A DNA stretch of 64,000 nucleotides, taken from assembly GCA_965215015.1 (NCBI GenBank), contig OZ244042.1, positions 3,648,001 through 3,712,000 on the forward strand. Direction: 5' to 3'. The translations under genes were made by a program, and so were the position numbers. Origin of the DNA: Candidatus Poribacteria bacterium. GTDB lineage: Bacteria; Poribacteria; WGA-4E; PCPOR2b. Every line of letters starts with the position of its first letter. Position 1 is the first letter of the stretch. The notes below the pieces were generated by a model. It made no database searches. It had not been told where the DNA came from and saw nothing but the letters and a program-made list of their open reading frames with translations. Below, in pieces: positions 50,110 to 59,682 of the stretch.

Positions 50110-52759
50110 CTGTTCCCTTGTCGCGGAGGCCGTGAGATTCACAATGAGCGACACTCTCATCAAAAAGATCTGCTGAACGAAACCACCGTTTACCAAGTTG
50201 CTGTAAATGAGCAGCCATATCACACTTAATACTCTTGCCCAGATGCAGAACAACTACACCATGTGATTTAAGCCGTTCCCTGGCTTGGCGAAGAATCGGG
50301 ATATAAACATCAAAACTACTTTTCTGCTGTTCATCAACAAAAACTGATGGGCGAGCTTCAAAATCACGGGCAGACCACCCCGAAAACCAGAGCCGTAGCC
50401 AGTTCGCAAGGTAAAATCGGGTACTATCAAAGAAAGGGGGAGATGTGATAACTGCATCCAACTGATCAATCTCTAGAGGCCACCAGCGGGTTGCATCCTG
50501 GAAAAATATCTTGCCGGGACAGAAATCCATAGGCAAATCTGCCTCCAGCCCTCGCTCAACCTTCGCACGTAACCGACCAATCAGCGGGCGATATTCATAA
50601 GGACCAGTAGGTTTGTAGGGGGTCAGTGGATGAGAGCGGCGACTGAGGGCGTAGGGACGGTTGCCGTGTAAAATATGTAGCATTGAGGCAAATACAAATT
50701 GCTCTTCAGGTGTCTTTGGCGGGTGAACTTGAAAGTAACGGCGTGCCAAGATAATTTCGCTCAAGGTTTGGGCTTCATAATATTCGGCTATCTTGCCATT
50801 GAACCCCAAGTGATTCACTTCAGCAATCTCCGTATCTATAGTTGAGTGAGATCCAATAAAATCTTCCACCGCTCCAATAACTGTTGTACAACCGAAGGCC
50901 GTGGGGCGATGAACCTTTGCGCTAGCGATAGCAAACGCAGCAGGACTTATCTCAAAACCGTAGCCATGTTTCCCAGCGAGTGCCGCCTCAAATGGAATTG
51001 TGCCAACACCTGCAAAAGTATCTAGAACTCGTCCATCTGCTGGAACAAATGTCTCTACCAAATGGTGTGCAATAGCAGGTTTGAGCTTGCCGGGATAAGA
51101 GCATAGAGAGTGCCAAGCATGGCCCCAGTTCCGTTTTGTAAATGGCATTTTCTGGTGAGGGAGGTGCTGCTTGAAGCTGTTCCATTCGGTGTGCCAGGCC
51201 AGAATCCGTTTTAGTGGATTACATCTTGTCTGTTTGGAAGTATGCCTAAAAATAAGCAATGATTGTTTAAGCAACATCCCACCTCTGGATTTGCGTTCTC
51301 GTAGTCTCACAGAATCTTCTTGAACGAAACCGAGTTCACCCAAGCAGGCTGACAGCAATCTATCCACCGGAACATGAATACCTGCATAGCAAGAGTCACC
51401 GATATCAATCGCGACCGTTGCATCAGGGGTTAAGTGAGGACCAATTGATCGGAATATGTCCGTCATCTCGCTAAAATAACTGGCTACCATGCGAGGAATA
51501 CGGGAATCGTAGGCATTTTGTTCAAGTTTAGAAACAATTTTTTCAACATCTAACTGAGATTGCAAAAACGTCTTGGAAACAGTAACATCGTTGATACCAG
51601 CAGTTAAGGCTGCCTCACGAAATGTTCTCAAATCCTTCTTCTCTTTTAAGCAACGCAAGAACCATAATTCTATCTTTGTGTTGCGAAAATAGTTTGTCCC
51701 GTTGACATACGGAGGGCTTGTTATTACAGCATCAATATCGAGAGGAGATATGCTGTCTAACGATCGAGCGTTTTCACATATTAGTAGCGGCTCAGTCTTC
51801 AAGCCATCGACATCATCCCGGATATCATGAACAATCTGATCGATATTCTGGCGGATGCTTTCAACCAGTGGGACTGTTTGCCGCTCAAGCTCTGTAGCCG
51901 TTTTATATCTCAAGTCACCGGCTCGCTTCATTCGGGAGGCAGGTACAAGTGCCGATAAGGTTGCAACCGTAATTAAGTCTGCCAATATCGGATTCTCAAG
52001 ACCGACTTCGTCAATCCACGATTTGGCCCGTAAAACCTGGTCATAAACCGGTGCCTCAAAAAATAAACTATCACCAAAGGTTTGTATGTAGGTTTGTTGC
52101 AATATATAATCTCGGGGGAATTTTCCCAGGTTCTGTAGTGAGATTTTTGCTTGAGCGAGCACCTGAGCCAATGCGGCCCTTTGAGACCGCTTTAATCGTC
52201 TGACCCGTATTTTTGTTAAACTCATAAACTGCAAGACGGGATTTATTTCACAGAAATAGGCAGTTTTATTGAGTTGTGCTGCGGTGAAGGCGGTGGTTCC
52301 TGTTCCAGCAAATGGATCTAAAATGGTCCGCGCGTTCGGAGCGTACCTTTCCAAGATAGATTCCACAAATTGAGTGGAATACCCCTCTAAGTAGGAATAC
52401 CATCGAGCAAAGGGTTCTTTGCGTCCTCCTTTAAAGGTTACAGACACTGGATCAAATAATTCTGTGCTTGCATCAACCCCCGGTAGTTGAAGCTGAACAG
52501 CGTGCTCTCGAATGAGGTTTACCGTATGCTTTAATTGACGCAGACAATAAGTGTTTAGTGGCAAATCATCAGCTTCCGCTTTCGACACAAGGGCTTGATA
52601 GTCATCCCGTAGCAGCTGACGGAGTTCAGCACTGGAAAGATCCTTAACATACTTGTATAATTCATCTGTTTTCTTGCCAAATGCCAAGGTCAACGATTTT
52701 TTTTGAGATGTGTCCGCCGGATGTTCAGGAAAGTAAACAGCTTTATATTTTTGCGTCAT
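50078..52759 (-). CDS. Fused double amino-DNA methyltransferase (two N4C-like domains)
   Basis: Domain 1 DPFAGTGT...TSPPY; domain 2 DTFAGVGT...TSPPF. Confidence 0.88.
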   Translation of the reverse strand: MTQKYKAVYFPEHPADTSQKKSLTLAFGKKTDELYKYVKDLSSAELRQLLRDDYQALVSKAEADDLPLNTYCLRQLKHTVNLIREHAVQLQLPGVDASTELFDPVSVTFKGGRKEPFARWYSYLEGYSTQFVESILERYAPNARTILDPFAGTGTTAFTAAQLNKTAYFCEINPVLQFMSLTKIRVRRLKRSQRAALAQVLAQAKISLQNLGKFPRDYILQQTYIQTFGDSLFFEAPVYDQVLRAKSWIDEVGLENPILADLITVATLSALVPASRMKRAGDLRYKTATELERQTVPLVESIRQNIDQIVHDIRDDVDGLKTEPLLICENARSLDSISPLDIDAVITSPPYVNGTNYFRNTKIELWFLRCLKEKKDLRTFREAALTAGINDVTVSKTFLQSQLDVEKIVSKLEQNAYDSRIPRMVASYFSEMTDIFRSIGPHLTPDATVAIDIGDSCYAGIHVPVDRLLSACLGELGFVQEDSVRLRERKSRGGMLLKQSLLIFRHTSKQTRCNPLKRILAWHTEWNSFKQHLPHQKMPFTKRNWGHAWHSLCSYPGKLKPAIAHHLVETFVPADGRVLDTFAGVGTIPFEAALAGKHGYGFEISPAAFAIASAKVHRPTAFGCTTVIGAVEDFIGSHSTIDTEIAEVNHLGFNGKIAEYYEAQTLSEIILARRYFQVHPPKTPEEQFVFASMLHILHGNRPYALSRRSHPLTPYKPTGPYEYRPLIGRLRAKVERGLEADLPMDFCPGKIFFQDATRWWPLEIDQLDAVITSPPFFDSTRFYLANWLRLWFSGWSARDFEARPSVFVDEQQKSSFDVYIPILRQARERLKSHGVVVLHLGKSIKCDMAAHLQQLGKRWFRSADLFDESVAHCESHGLRDKGTVTSHQYLVLY

Positions 52760-52828
52760 GATTTTATCCTCTGATATAACTTGTATAAACTATCATACTA
52801 TGGTAGTTTTGTCAAGACGTTAATCAAT

Positions 52829-52922
52829 CTCACTTACCCCCATTTTTTAAAGAGGTGTAATGTTGGTTGTTTTTGCGAGGTATAGATGTGAGGAAGGTTT
52901 GTCAGATATGGTAAAATACCTC
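52829..52922 (+). mobile_element. Solo 94-bp left end of the IS4-like element
   Basis: Similar to 35259-35352; abuts the broken 3' end of a secreted-protein gene. Confidence 0.85.
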
Positions 52923-53786
52923 ACTAATCTCCCGTCTAAATCATAGATGTGGATAACCACGTTGGCATCATTGGCGAGTTCAAACGGAATCCATGTTTCA
53001 GGGTTAAATGGGTCAGGATAATTTTGCAGCGTGCTGGTCAGCAGGTGAAAATCCTATGACGGACGGTGCAGGATTTGCCCCATTATACATATACCATGTT
53101 GCATGAAGATCTTCACGATGGTGTTCATCTGTCTGAACACATTCATTCATGGTATACCAATAATAGTCAAGGCAAACACGAAGCCCACCTGGGTTGCATT
53201 CTGGATTATCGACCACATCATTCAACTTAACCCAATGACCAAACTCATGAGTCAAAGTGTCTTGGAGACAATACCCTTCATGCTGAGCTAGGCGTGGAAC
53301 GTCAAACTCAGAATGATTATCATGGTCTTCGTAATAATCAATTCGGATATCGCATTCTTGAATAACGTTCCGATTACTTCTTTTAGTATAAACATCAGCA
53401 TAGGCTATTCTACGACCAGGCCCATCGACATGGGCGAATCCGACGACGTTATGGTTATCGCCTCGGAACCCAGCTTGCAGGTCAGTTGTGCCTACATAAG
53501 TCAGGATAGGGAAACCCGTTTGAGAGCCATCGCATCTAGCATAATTCCACTGCCTAGCTTGCATGTTGGGCATCGGGTATTATCCGAGTTCCAGGTTGGT
53601 TTTCTCCATCTATTCTTCTAGATATATGCCATCTGATGGAATTGACAGCATTAGGCCCTTAGTAGAAGTAGCAAGGTCATGTTCTGGTAACTCACAACCT
53701 TGTGCAGTGTAGCATTGGCCCCAAACGTCAACCGAGACAAATGCTAAAGCTGTTGTGAAGAGGGTTAGCACCAAACGGGTTTTCAT
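52920..53786 (-). pseudogene. Frameshifted secreted zinc metalloprotease with T9SS/FlgD-like C-terminal sorting domain
   Basis: Signal peptide MKTRLVLTLF from ATG 53786; HEFGH zinc motif in ORF 53013-53573; a shifted frame gives [37 protein letters not shown], cut at the IS end. Confidence 0.75.
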
Positions 53787-54547
53787 CGCTTATTCTCCTT
53801 CCTGGGTTGTGCATCCTCAAACGCTGCTACAACCTGCTTGATACGGTTGAAAATCGTGGCACTGATACGATTGGCCTCTGGAGTATCAGGTATAATGTTT
53901 CTCTGAATACCAGCCATTATTGCATCTCCAATAATCCTTGTTACTGGGTCAGCAGTGTCAGGAGAGTTACGGGCTACCTCAATAAATCTCACAAACAAGG
54001 GAAGAGGCACACCTAGAAAATGATGCTTTAATCTTTCGTCTATAGCATTGCTATAAAAATAGACAAAATATTCTTCTCTTCTTTCTTCTACCTTCTTCTT
54101 CTTTATAGTCCAGCAATGAACAGGATAAAGCCCATTACGTTGAGGCATCCATTTGGCGATATGTTTATTATATTCCAAGAACAATATCAAAGTCTCACCG
54201 ACCTCCAAGTGAGCATATTGAGCACCCATTGAGCTCCAATGAGCAATCTCCTCACCAGTTTCTGGATCTACGCCTTCACCTCCAGGGATACAGAATATTA
54301 ATGTATCCTCATCAATGTTTGGCTCACCTTCTATGGTCTTTTTAACATCGAATGTGAAGTGAGTAATAAATCCATTTGTTACCTCATTATGAGCATATTG
54401 CTTATTGGTCAGCGTCCCGATGAGAATTATCTCAGTCCGCTTCATGTGTATAGAGAAAGGTTCTCTGGCAATCATTGAACCAATAGCAAACTTCCCACAA
54501 ATCAGTGTGAGCAGTAAGGTTAGCGTTACACAATGTTTGGCGTTCAT
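53783..54547 (-). CDS. Hypothetical secreted protein (low GC)
   Basis: 254-aa ORF, signal peptide, GGAGG RBS, ATGA coupling to the downstream protease gene. Confidence 0.75.
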   Translation of the reverse strand: MNAKHCVTLTLLLTLICGKFAIGSMIAREPFSIHMKRTEIILIGTLTNKQYAHNEVTNGFITHFTFDVKKTIEGEPNIDEDTLIFCIPGGEGVDPETGEEIAHWSSMGAQYAHLEVGETLILFLEYNKHIAKWMPQRNGLYPVHCWTIKKKKVEERREEYFVYFYSNAIDERLKHHFLGVPLPLFVRFIEVARNSPDTADPVTRIIGDAIMAGIQRNIIPDTPEANRISATIFNRIKQVVAAFEDAQPRKENKR

Positions 54548-54791
54548 GGTGAACCTCCCCTGTTAATGAAACTGCATTGTTATTTATGGCAGCCGAGAGA
54601 CTCGACTGCCATATACTTTACCACTTGGAGCTAAGGTTATGCATCTCACTCAGTATGATATCATAAACGCCCCTCCGTGTCGGTCGTCTTTTTTGTTATA
54701 TATTGCACACGCCGAAAAATTGTAGTATACTGGCGTCTAAACGCAAGCATCGCTCGGATTCTTAGGGCATCTCACATAAGGAGAACTGAGT

Positions 54792-54943
54792 ATGACTTTG
54801 AAGATATTTTTGAATATCTGCCTGACCATCAAGCATGTATCGAGTATCTTGAGACGGTGAGATGGGGTGATAATGTGAATTGTCCACATTGCGATAGCAA
54901 TAACGTGGCTCGCAAGGGTGAGCGAGGACAGAGAACACACTAG
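54792..54943 (+). pseudogene. IS1595-family transposase N-terminal fragment
   Basis: DIFEYLPDHQACIEYLETVRWGDNVNCPHCDS Zn ribbon; frameshift just after ATG 54792; ends at the repeat array. Confidence 0.75.
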
Positions 54944-54954
54944 CGATCTCATCT

Positions 54955-55745
54955 CGATTCCTCTAATCCTGATTCAGACGATAATGTAGCAGTGAAAGTA
55001 TCTGGATCAAGGGTTCGCCTGGATTGTTGGCTATTGGAGGAATAATTATCCCCTCTCCTCAGGCTCTCATAGATTTCGATTCGATTCCTCTAATCCAGTG
55101 AATCCTTTAATCCTTCAATCCTGATTCAGACGATAATGGAGAAGTAAAAGTATCTGCATGAAGGGTTCGCCTGGATTGTTGGCTATTGGGAGAATAATTA
55201 TCCCCTCTGCCCAGGCTCTCATAGATTTCGATTCGATTCCTCTAATCCAGTGAATCCTTGAATCCTTCAATCCTGATTCAGACAATAATGTAGCAGTGAA
55301 AGTATCTCAAGGATACACCTGGATTGTTGGCTATTGGGAGAATAATTATCCCCTCCCCTCAGTCTCTCATAGATGTCGGTTCGATTCCTCTAATCCAGTA
55401 AATCCTTTAATCCTTCAATCCTGATTCAGACAATAATGTAGCAGTGAAAGTATCTCAAGGGTTCGCCTGGATTGTTGGCTATTGGGAGAATAATTATCCC
55501 CTCCCCTCAGCCTCTCATAGATTTCGATTCGATTCCTCTAATCCTGTGAATCCTTCAATCTTGAAAATCCTGATTCAGACAATATTCAGACAATAATGTA
55601 GCAGTGAAAGTATCTCAAGGATACACCTGGATTGTTGGCTATTGGGAGAATAATTATCCCCTCCCCTCAGTCTCTCATAGATGTCAATTCGATTCCTCTA
55701 ATCCAGTGAATCCTTCAATCCTGAAAATCCTGATTCAGACAATAA
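54955..55745. repeat. Tandem array of five ~150-bp units containing the AATCCTGATTCAGACAA arm
   Basis: GATTCAGAC recurs at about 54971, 55123, 55275, 55423, 55572 and 55732 with conserved intervening sequence. Confidence 0.92.
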
Positions 55746-55767
55746 TTACAAAACATGGAGGAAAGCA

Positions 55768-56817
55768 ATGGTAAGAATTGGAATTATCGGCATCGGTTTC
55801 ATGGGAATGATTCACTACTACGGAGCAAAGAAGGTCTCCGGCGGGGAGGTGGTCGCCATCTGTACGCGCGATCAGAAAAAGTTGGGCGGCGATTGGACCG
55901 GCATTCAAGGGAATTTCGGCCCGCGCGGCGGTATCGAAGATCTCTCACACCTCCGGAAGTACAACCAGATTGAGGCACTCCTCGCCGACCCTGAGGTTGA
56001 TCTGGTAAATATCTGCCTCCCAACATTTATGCACAAATCTGTCAGCATTGCTGCGCTCAAAGCGGGAAAGCATGTCCTTGTCGAAAAGCCGATCGAGATC
56101 CGACTTGACGCTGCAAACGAGGTCGTGCAGGTCGGTGTAGAAAGCGGTAAGCATTTCATGGTCGCACATGTACTGCCCTTTTTCGCAGAATTTGCCTACG
56201 CGAAGCGAGTGGTTGAAAGCGGGGAATACGGGAGGCTACTCGGTGGGCATTTCAAGCGGGTAATCTCTCAACCGACATGGACACACGACTTTGCAGATAT
56301 AGAAAAGAGCGGGGGCCCAGGGATTGATCTGCATATCCATGATACACACTTTATCCAGCTGCTCTGCGGCGTCCCCGATGCGGTGTTCTCGCAAGGCAAA
56401 CTCGCCGCCGGTAATTTTGTCGAATATCTTACGACCCAATACATCTACAAGGACAAGGATCTTTCGATCAGCTGCTCATCGGGGGCGGTGTCTCAGCAAG
56501 GGCGGGCATTTTCGCACGGATTCGAGCTTTATCTGGAAAAAGCGACGTTGTTGTATGACTTCGCAACGCTTGATGGCAAACCAGTAACCTCAACCCCGTT
56601 GACGCTGCTGACTGATGATGGGACAGTCCACAAGGTTGATCTAGGTGAGGTCAACCCTATTGATGCTTTTACGGGCGAGATTCAGCACGCCGTTGATGCC
56701 ATCAACAGCGGAGGCGAACCAACCATGCTATCAGGTGTTGGCGCGAGGGATGCACTCCTACTCTGCTATAAAGAAGCGGAGTCGGTTAGGACGGGCGAAA
56801 TCATGCCGATCGCTTGA
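55768..56817 (+). CDS. Gfo/Idh/MocA family oxidoreductase
   Basis: IGIIGIGFMG, I..PT..H, AGKHVLVEKP, GG...DLHIHD. Confidence 0.92.
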   Translation: MVRIGIIGIGFMGMIHYYGAKKVSGGEVVAICTRDQKKLGGDWTGIQGNFGPRGGIEDLSHLRKYNQIEALLADPEVDLVNICLPTFMHKSVSIAALKAGKHVLVEKPIEIRLDAANEVVQVGVESGKHFMVAHVLPFFAEFAYAKRVVESGEYGRLLGGHFKRVISQPTWTHDFADIEKSGGPGIDLHIHDTHFIQLLCGVPDAVFSQGKLAAGNFVEYLTTQYIYKDKDLSISCSSGAVSQQGRAFSHGFELYLEKATLLYDFATLDGKPVTSTPLTLLTDDGTVHKVDLGEVNPIDAFTGEIQHAVDAINSGGEPTMLSGVGARDALLLCYKEAESVRTGEIMPIA

Positions 56818-56824
56818 GACAAGA

Positions 56825-57952
56825 TTAGCAGATCGCTTCACCTGTGTCCCCATCGAATATATGAATCCGCTCAGGCACACAGGTCATCCACAACGTTTGT
56901 CCAATACGAACGTCGAACATCATCCCAACCCTAGATTTTAAGATAATATCGTCACCCACCTCGTCCCTGCCAAGGTTCACATCCACAATCGTTTCCGCGC
57001 CGAGGGGTTCACAGCTATAAACCTTCACAGGGATATTTTCTGGGGTATCTTCTGCCCTGATGAGCAGATCCTCCGGATGCACACCGAGTACCAGATTTCG
57101 ACCTCTCCCGGACGCGATTAAGGTCTGGACGATCTTTTCGTCCGTGACCGGCATCCGATGTCTCTCAATCAAATCTAAATAGACCCTCTCTCCGGAAGTT
57201 GCGAGTTGACAGGGAATCAGGTTCATGCTCGGATTGCCGATGAAACCGGCGACGAACAGATTTGCGGGACAATCGTAAATCTCCGTCGGTGTGCCAACCT
57301 GTTGAACCCGTCCTTCTTCCAGCACAGCAACGCGATCCGCCATCGACATCGCTTCGATCTGGTCATGGGTGACGTATAACGTCGTGGTTTCCAGTTGACG
57401 CTGCCGCCACTTAATCTCTGCCCGCATCTCCGTGCGAAGTTTGGCATCCAGATTGGAGATCGGCTCGTCCATCAGGAAGAGTTGGGGACGCCGCACCATC
57501 GCCCTACCGAGGCCAACCCGTTGCGTTTCGCCCCCGCTGAGCTGATTCGGTCTACGTTGCAGGAGGTGCTCGATGTGCAGCATTGACGCGATTTCCGTGA
57601 CGCGGCTACTAATCTCGTCCTCTGATAAGCCACGCGGATGTAGCGGGAACGCCATATTGTCGTAGACAGTTAGGTGGGGGTATAGGATATGCGCCTGAAA
57701 CACGAAGGCGACATCCCGTTCGGCGGGTGTGAGGTGGTTAATCTGTTGATTATCTAGGTAGATTGCGCCGTTTTCAGGTCGGTCCAACCCGGCGAGACAG
57801 CGCAAGGTGGTCGTTTTGCCTGCTCCAGTCTGACCAAGTAAGACGAAAAACTCTTGATCGTGGATATCAAGGTTGATCCCGTCAAGCGCGACGATGTCAT
57901 CGAAACGCTTGGTGAGATTTTCAAGTTTAACGGTCGGCATAGGTATTGACAT
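56825..57952 (-). CDS. Carbohydrate ABC transporter ATP-binding subunit (MalK-like)
   Basis: GQTGAGKT, LSGGETQR, MDEP.SNLDAKLR, YVTHDQ.EAM, TOBE tail; start uncertain (57940-57982). Confidence 0.92.
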   Translation of the reverse strand: MSIPMPTVKLENLTKRFDDIVALDGINLDIHDQEFFVLLGQTGAGKTTTLRCLAGLDRPENGAIYLDNQQINHLTPAERDVAFVFQAHILYPHLTVYDNMAFPLHPRGLSEDEISSRVTEIASMLHIEHLLQRRPNQLSGGETQRVGLGRAMVRRPQLFLMDEPISNLDAKLRTEMRAEIKWRQRQLETTTLYVTHDQIEAMSMADRVAVLEEGRVQQVGTPTEIYDCPANLFVAGFIGNPSMNLIPCQLATSGERVYLDLIERHRMPVTDEKIVQTLIASGRGRNLVLGVHPEDLLIRAEDTPENIPVKVYSCEPLGAETIVDVNLGRDEVGDDIILKSRVGMMFDVRIGQTLWMTCVPERIHIFDGDTGEAIC

Positions 57953-58126
57953 ACTTTCATACACTAAAGCGAGAGGTTTCATAGGTCAAACCTCTCGTTC
58001 TAGCATATGAAACTCTTCTATCGATGAAGGCAGCCAAAATACCCAGTTATTGTCTATTGGCTCTTGACTCATTGAGCCGAATATACTGTTAGGCATTAAT
58101 GGCTATTTGGCTTTTCAGGGTCTATA

Positions 58127-58522
58127 CTACTGACCTTCGCCGCCCATATCATTGTCCATGTCGGCATCACCGTCCATGTCCATGTCAGCGTCCGTATCCA
58201 TACCCATATCAGTATCACCGTCCATGTCCATGTCAGCGTCCATATCCATGTCCATGCCCGTGTCACCGTCCATGTCCATGTCGGCGTCCGTATCCATGTC
58301 CATGCCCGTGTCACTGTCCATGTCAGCGTCCATATCCATATCCATGTCAGTATCACCGTCCATGTCCATGTCGGCGTCCATATCCATGCCCGTGTCACTG
58401 TCCATGTCCATGTCACCGTCCATCATGCCACCCATCATATCCTGCATAGCGGAGTCGCTACAGCCCATGACAGCGACACAACCGATTAAGAGGAGGATTA
58501 GCCCCATCTGAAATTTTAACAT
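58127..58522 (-). CDS. Met/Asp-alternating low-complexity lipoprotein
   Basis: AAGGAG RBS; signal peptide with VMG-C lipobox nearly identical to the neighbouring gene; mature part 111 aa with 44 Asp and 30 Met. Confidence 0.75.
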   Translation of the reverse strand: MLKFQMGLILLLIGCVAVMGCSDSAMQDMMGGMMDGDMDMDSDTGMDMDADMDMDGDTDMDMDMDADMDSDTGMDMDTDADMDMDGDTGMDMDMDADMDMDGDTDMGMDTDADMDMDGDADMDNDMGGEGQ

Positions 58523-58989
58523 TGTTAACACTCCTTATTTTAAGATACGTTTCGCAGCAAACTTTAGAAACCTGTAAGCTACGTCAAAAGGTAATGAGAA
58601 AGTACTAATCTATTGGCAAATAGCCGCAATGAATTGCGGGACTACTATCAAAAGATAGGCACTCGCCAAATTCGTATTCTACATAACTTCTCTATGAATA
58701 TACCATACTTCATATTAAATTTCAACGATTTTTTAGCCTGCCGGTTGATATTCGGTGCCTTGGTGCATGAGTTGAGCAAGTTAAAAATCCCAATTTATCG
58801 GGGATGCCCGACCTACGGGAAACGAACCATGCGTTCTAGAGTTCATTAGTACATTTAGGACTGACGCAGGTGAACCCTTTGAGGCCAAAATCAGAAAAGG
58901 GGGGCAATGTTCAGGGGATTGAGCACTGAACATTGCGCTACAGTCATGGTATCCTCGGGGCTTCAGCACCAGTAAACATGCCTCTCAAT

Positions 58990-59140
58990 GCCCGATAAGT
59001 CAGGCAACACCATAACCCCGACCCCGTTGATGTAAATGGTGCGGGCGTTCTAACAGTGACCTACACCGGAGCCAATAGCAGTAGGGTAACACTCAACCCC
59101 GAGGTGTACGCTGCCATCGTGTCCTCCGTCATTGTGCCAT
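58990..59140 (-). pseudogene. Degenerate second cytochrome P460-like segment
   Basis: AYTSGLSVTL and ARTIYINGVGVM match DYASWLSVTY and ARTIYINDVGAM of the adjacent gene, with stops and frameshifts. Confidence 0.6.
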
Positions 59141-59142
59141 TG

Positions 59143-59682
59143 TCAGTCACCCATTGAGAATTCAACGAAGACGCTGTCCGTGGGGGCTGCAGCGTGGCAG
59201 GCATGACACCCTTCGGCTGCGTCCGGGAGTCCATCCCCCTTAACCTGCATGTAATCAGCGTTTTCATCAGGGCGAGCATATTTCTTGTAGGTCCACCCGT
59301 TATGGCGCGGATCGTCCGTTTTCACCATTGTTGCGACTTTCTGGATAAACGTGTTCGCGTCGTCCATGATATCCTTGACAATCGTAGTCCCGGCGGGGTA
59401 AGCGGTCATACTTTCATCTTGCAACGCCATAGCCCCAACGTCGTTGATGTAAATAGTCCGGGCACCTTCGCCGTGTGCTCCACCGGTGCCCGTAGGACCG
59501 GGATAGGTAACACTCAACCACGAGGCGTAATCTGGCAGCTCCACCATCATAGGCATCATGCTGTCGTCCTCCTCATCGGCGGTCGGTATCGCCGGTGTTA
59601 ACAGCTCCTGTAGCATGTCGCAGCCCATGACAGCAACACAACCGATTAAAAGGATAATTAGCCCCATCTGAAATTTTAACAT
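59143..59682 (-). CDS. Cytochrome P460/c'-beta family lipoprotein
   Basis: Lipobox; Y..W, IYIN, YP.GT.IVK, MVK, GW.Y, C-terminal CHACH heme motif, D.VF. Confidence 0.8.
   Translation of the reverse strand: MLKFQMGLIILLIGCVAVMGCDMLQELLTPAIPTADEEDDSMMPMMVELPDYASWLSVTYPGPTGTGGAHGEGARTIYINDVGAMALQDESMTAYPAGTTIVKDIMDDANTFIQKVATMVKTDDPRHNGWTYKKYARPDENADYMQVKGDGLPDAAEGCHACHAAAPTDSVFVEFSMGD

Noticed and set aside
54955-55745. CRISPR array
   Set aside because: Whole ~150-bp units are conserved; there are no unique spacers
58099-58449. Cys/Pro-rich metallothionein-like ORF on + (and the TW- and SM-repeat frames)
   Set aside because: Shadow frames of the ATGGAC-type repeat; only the MD frame has an RBS and a signal peptide homologous to the neighbouring gene
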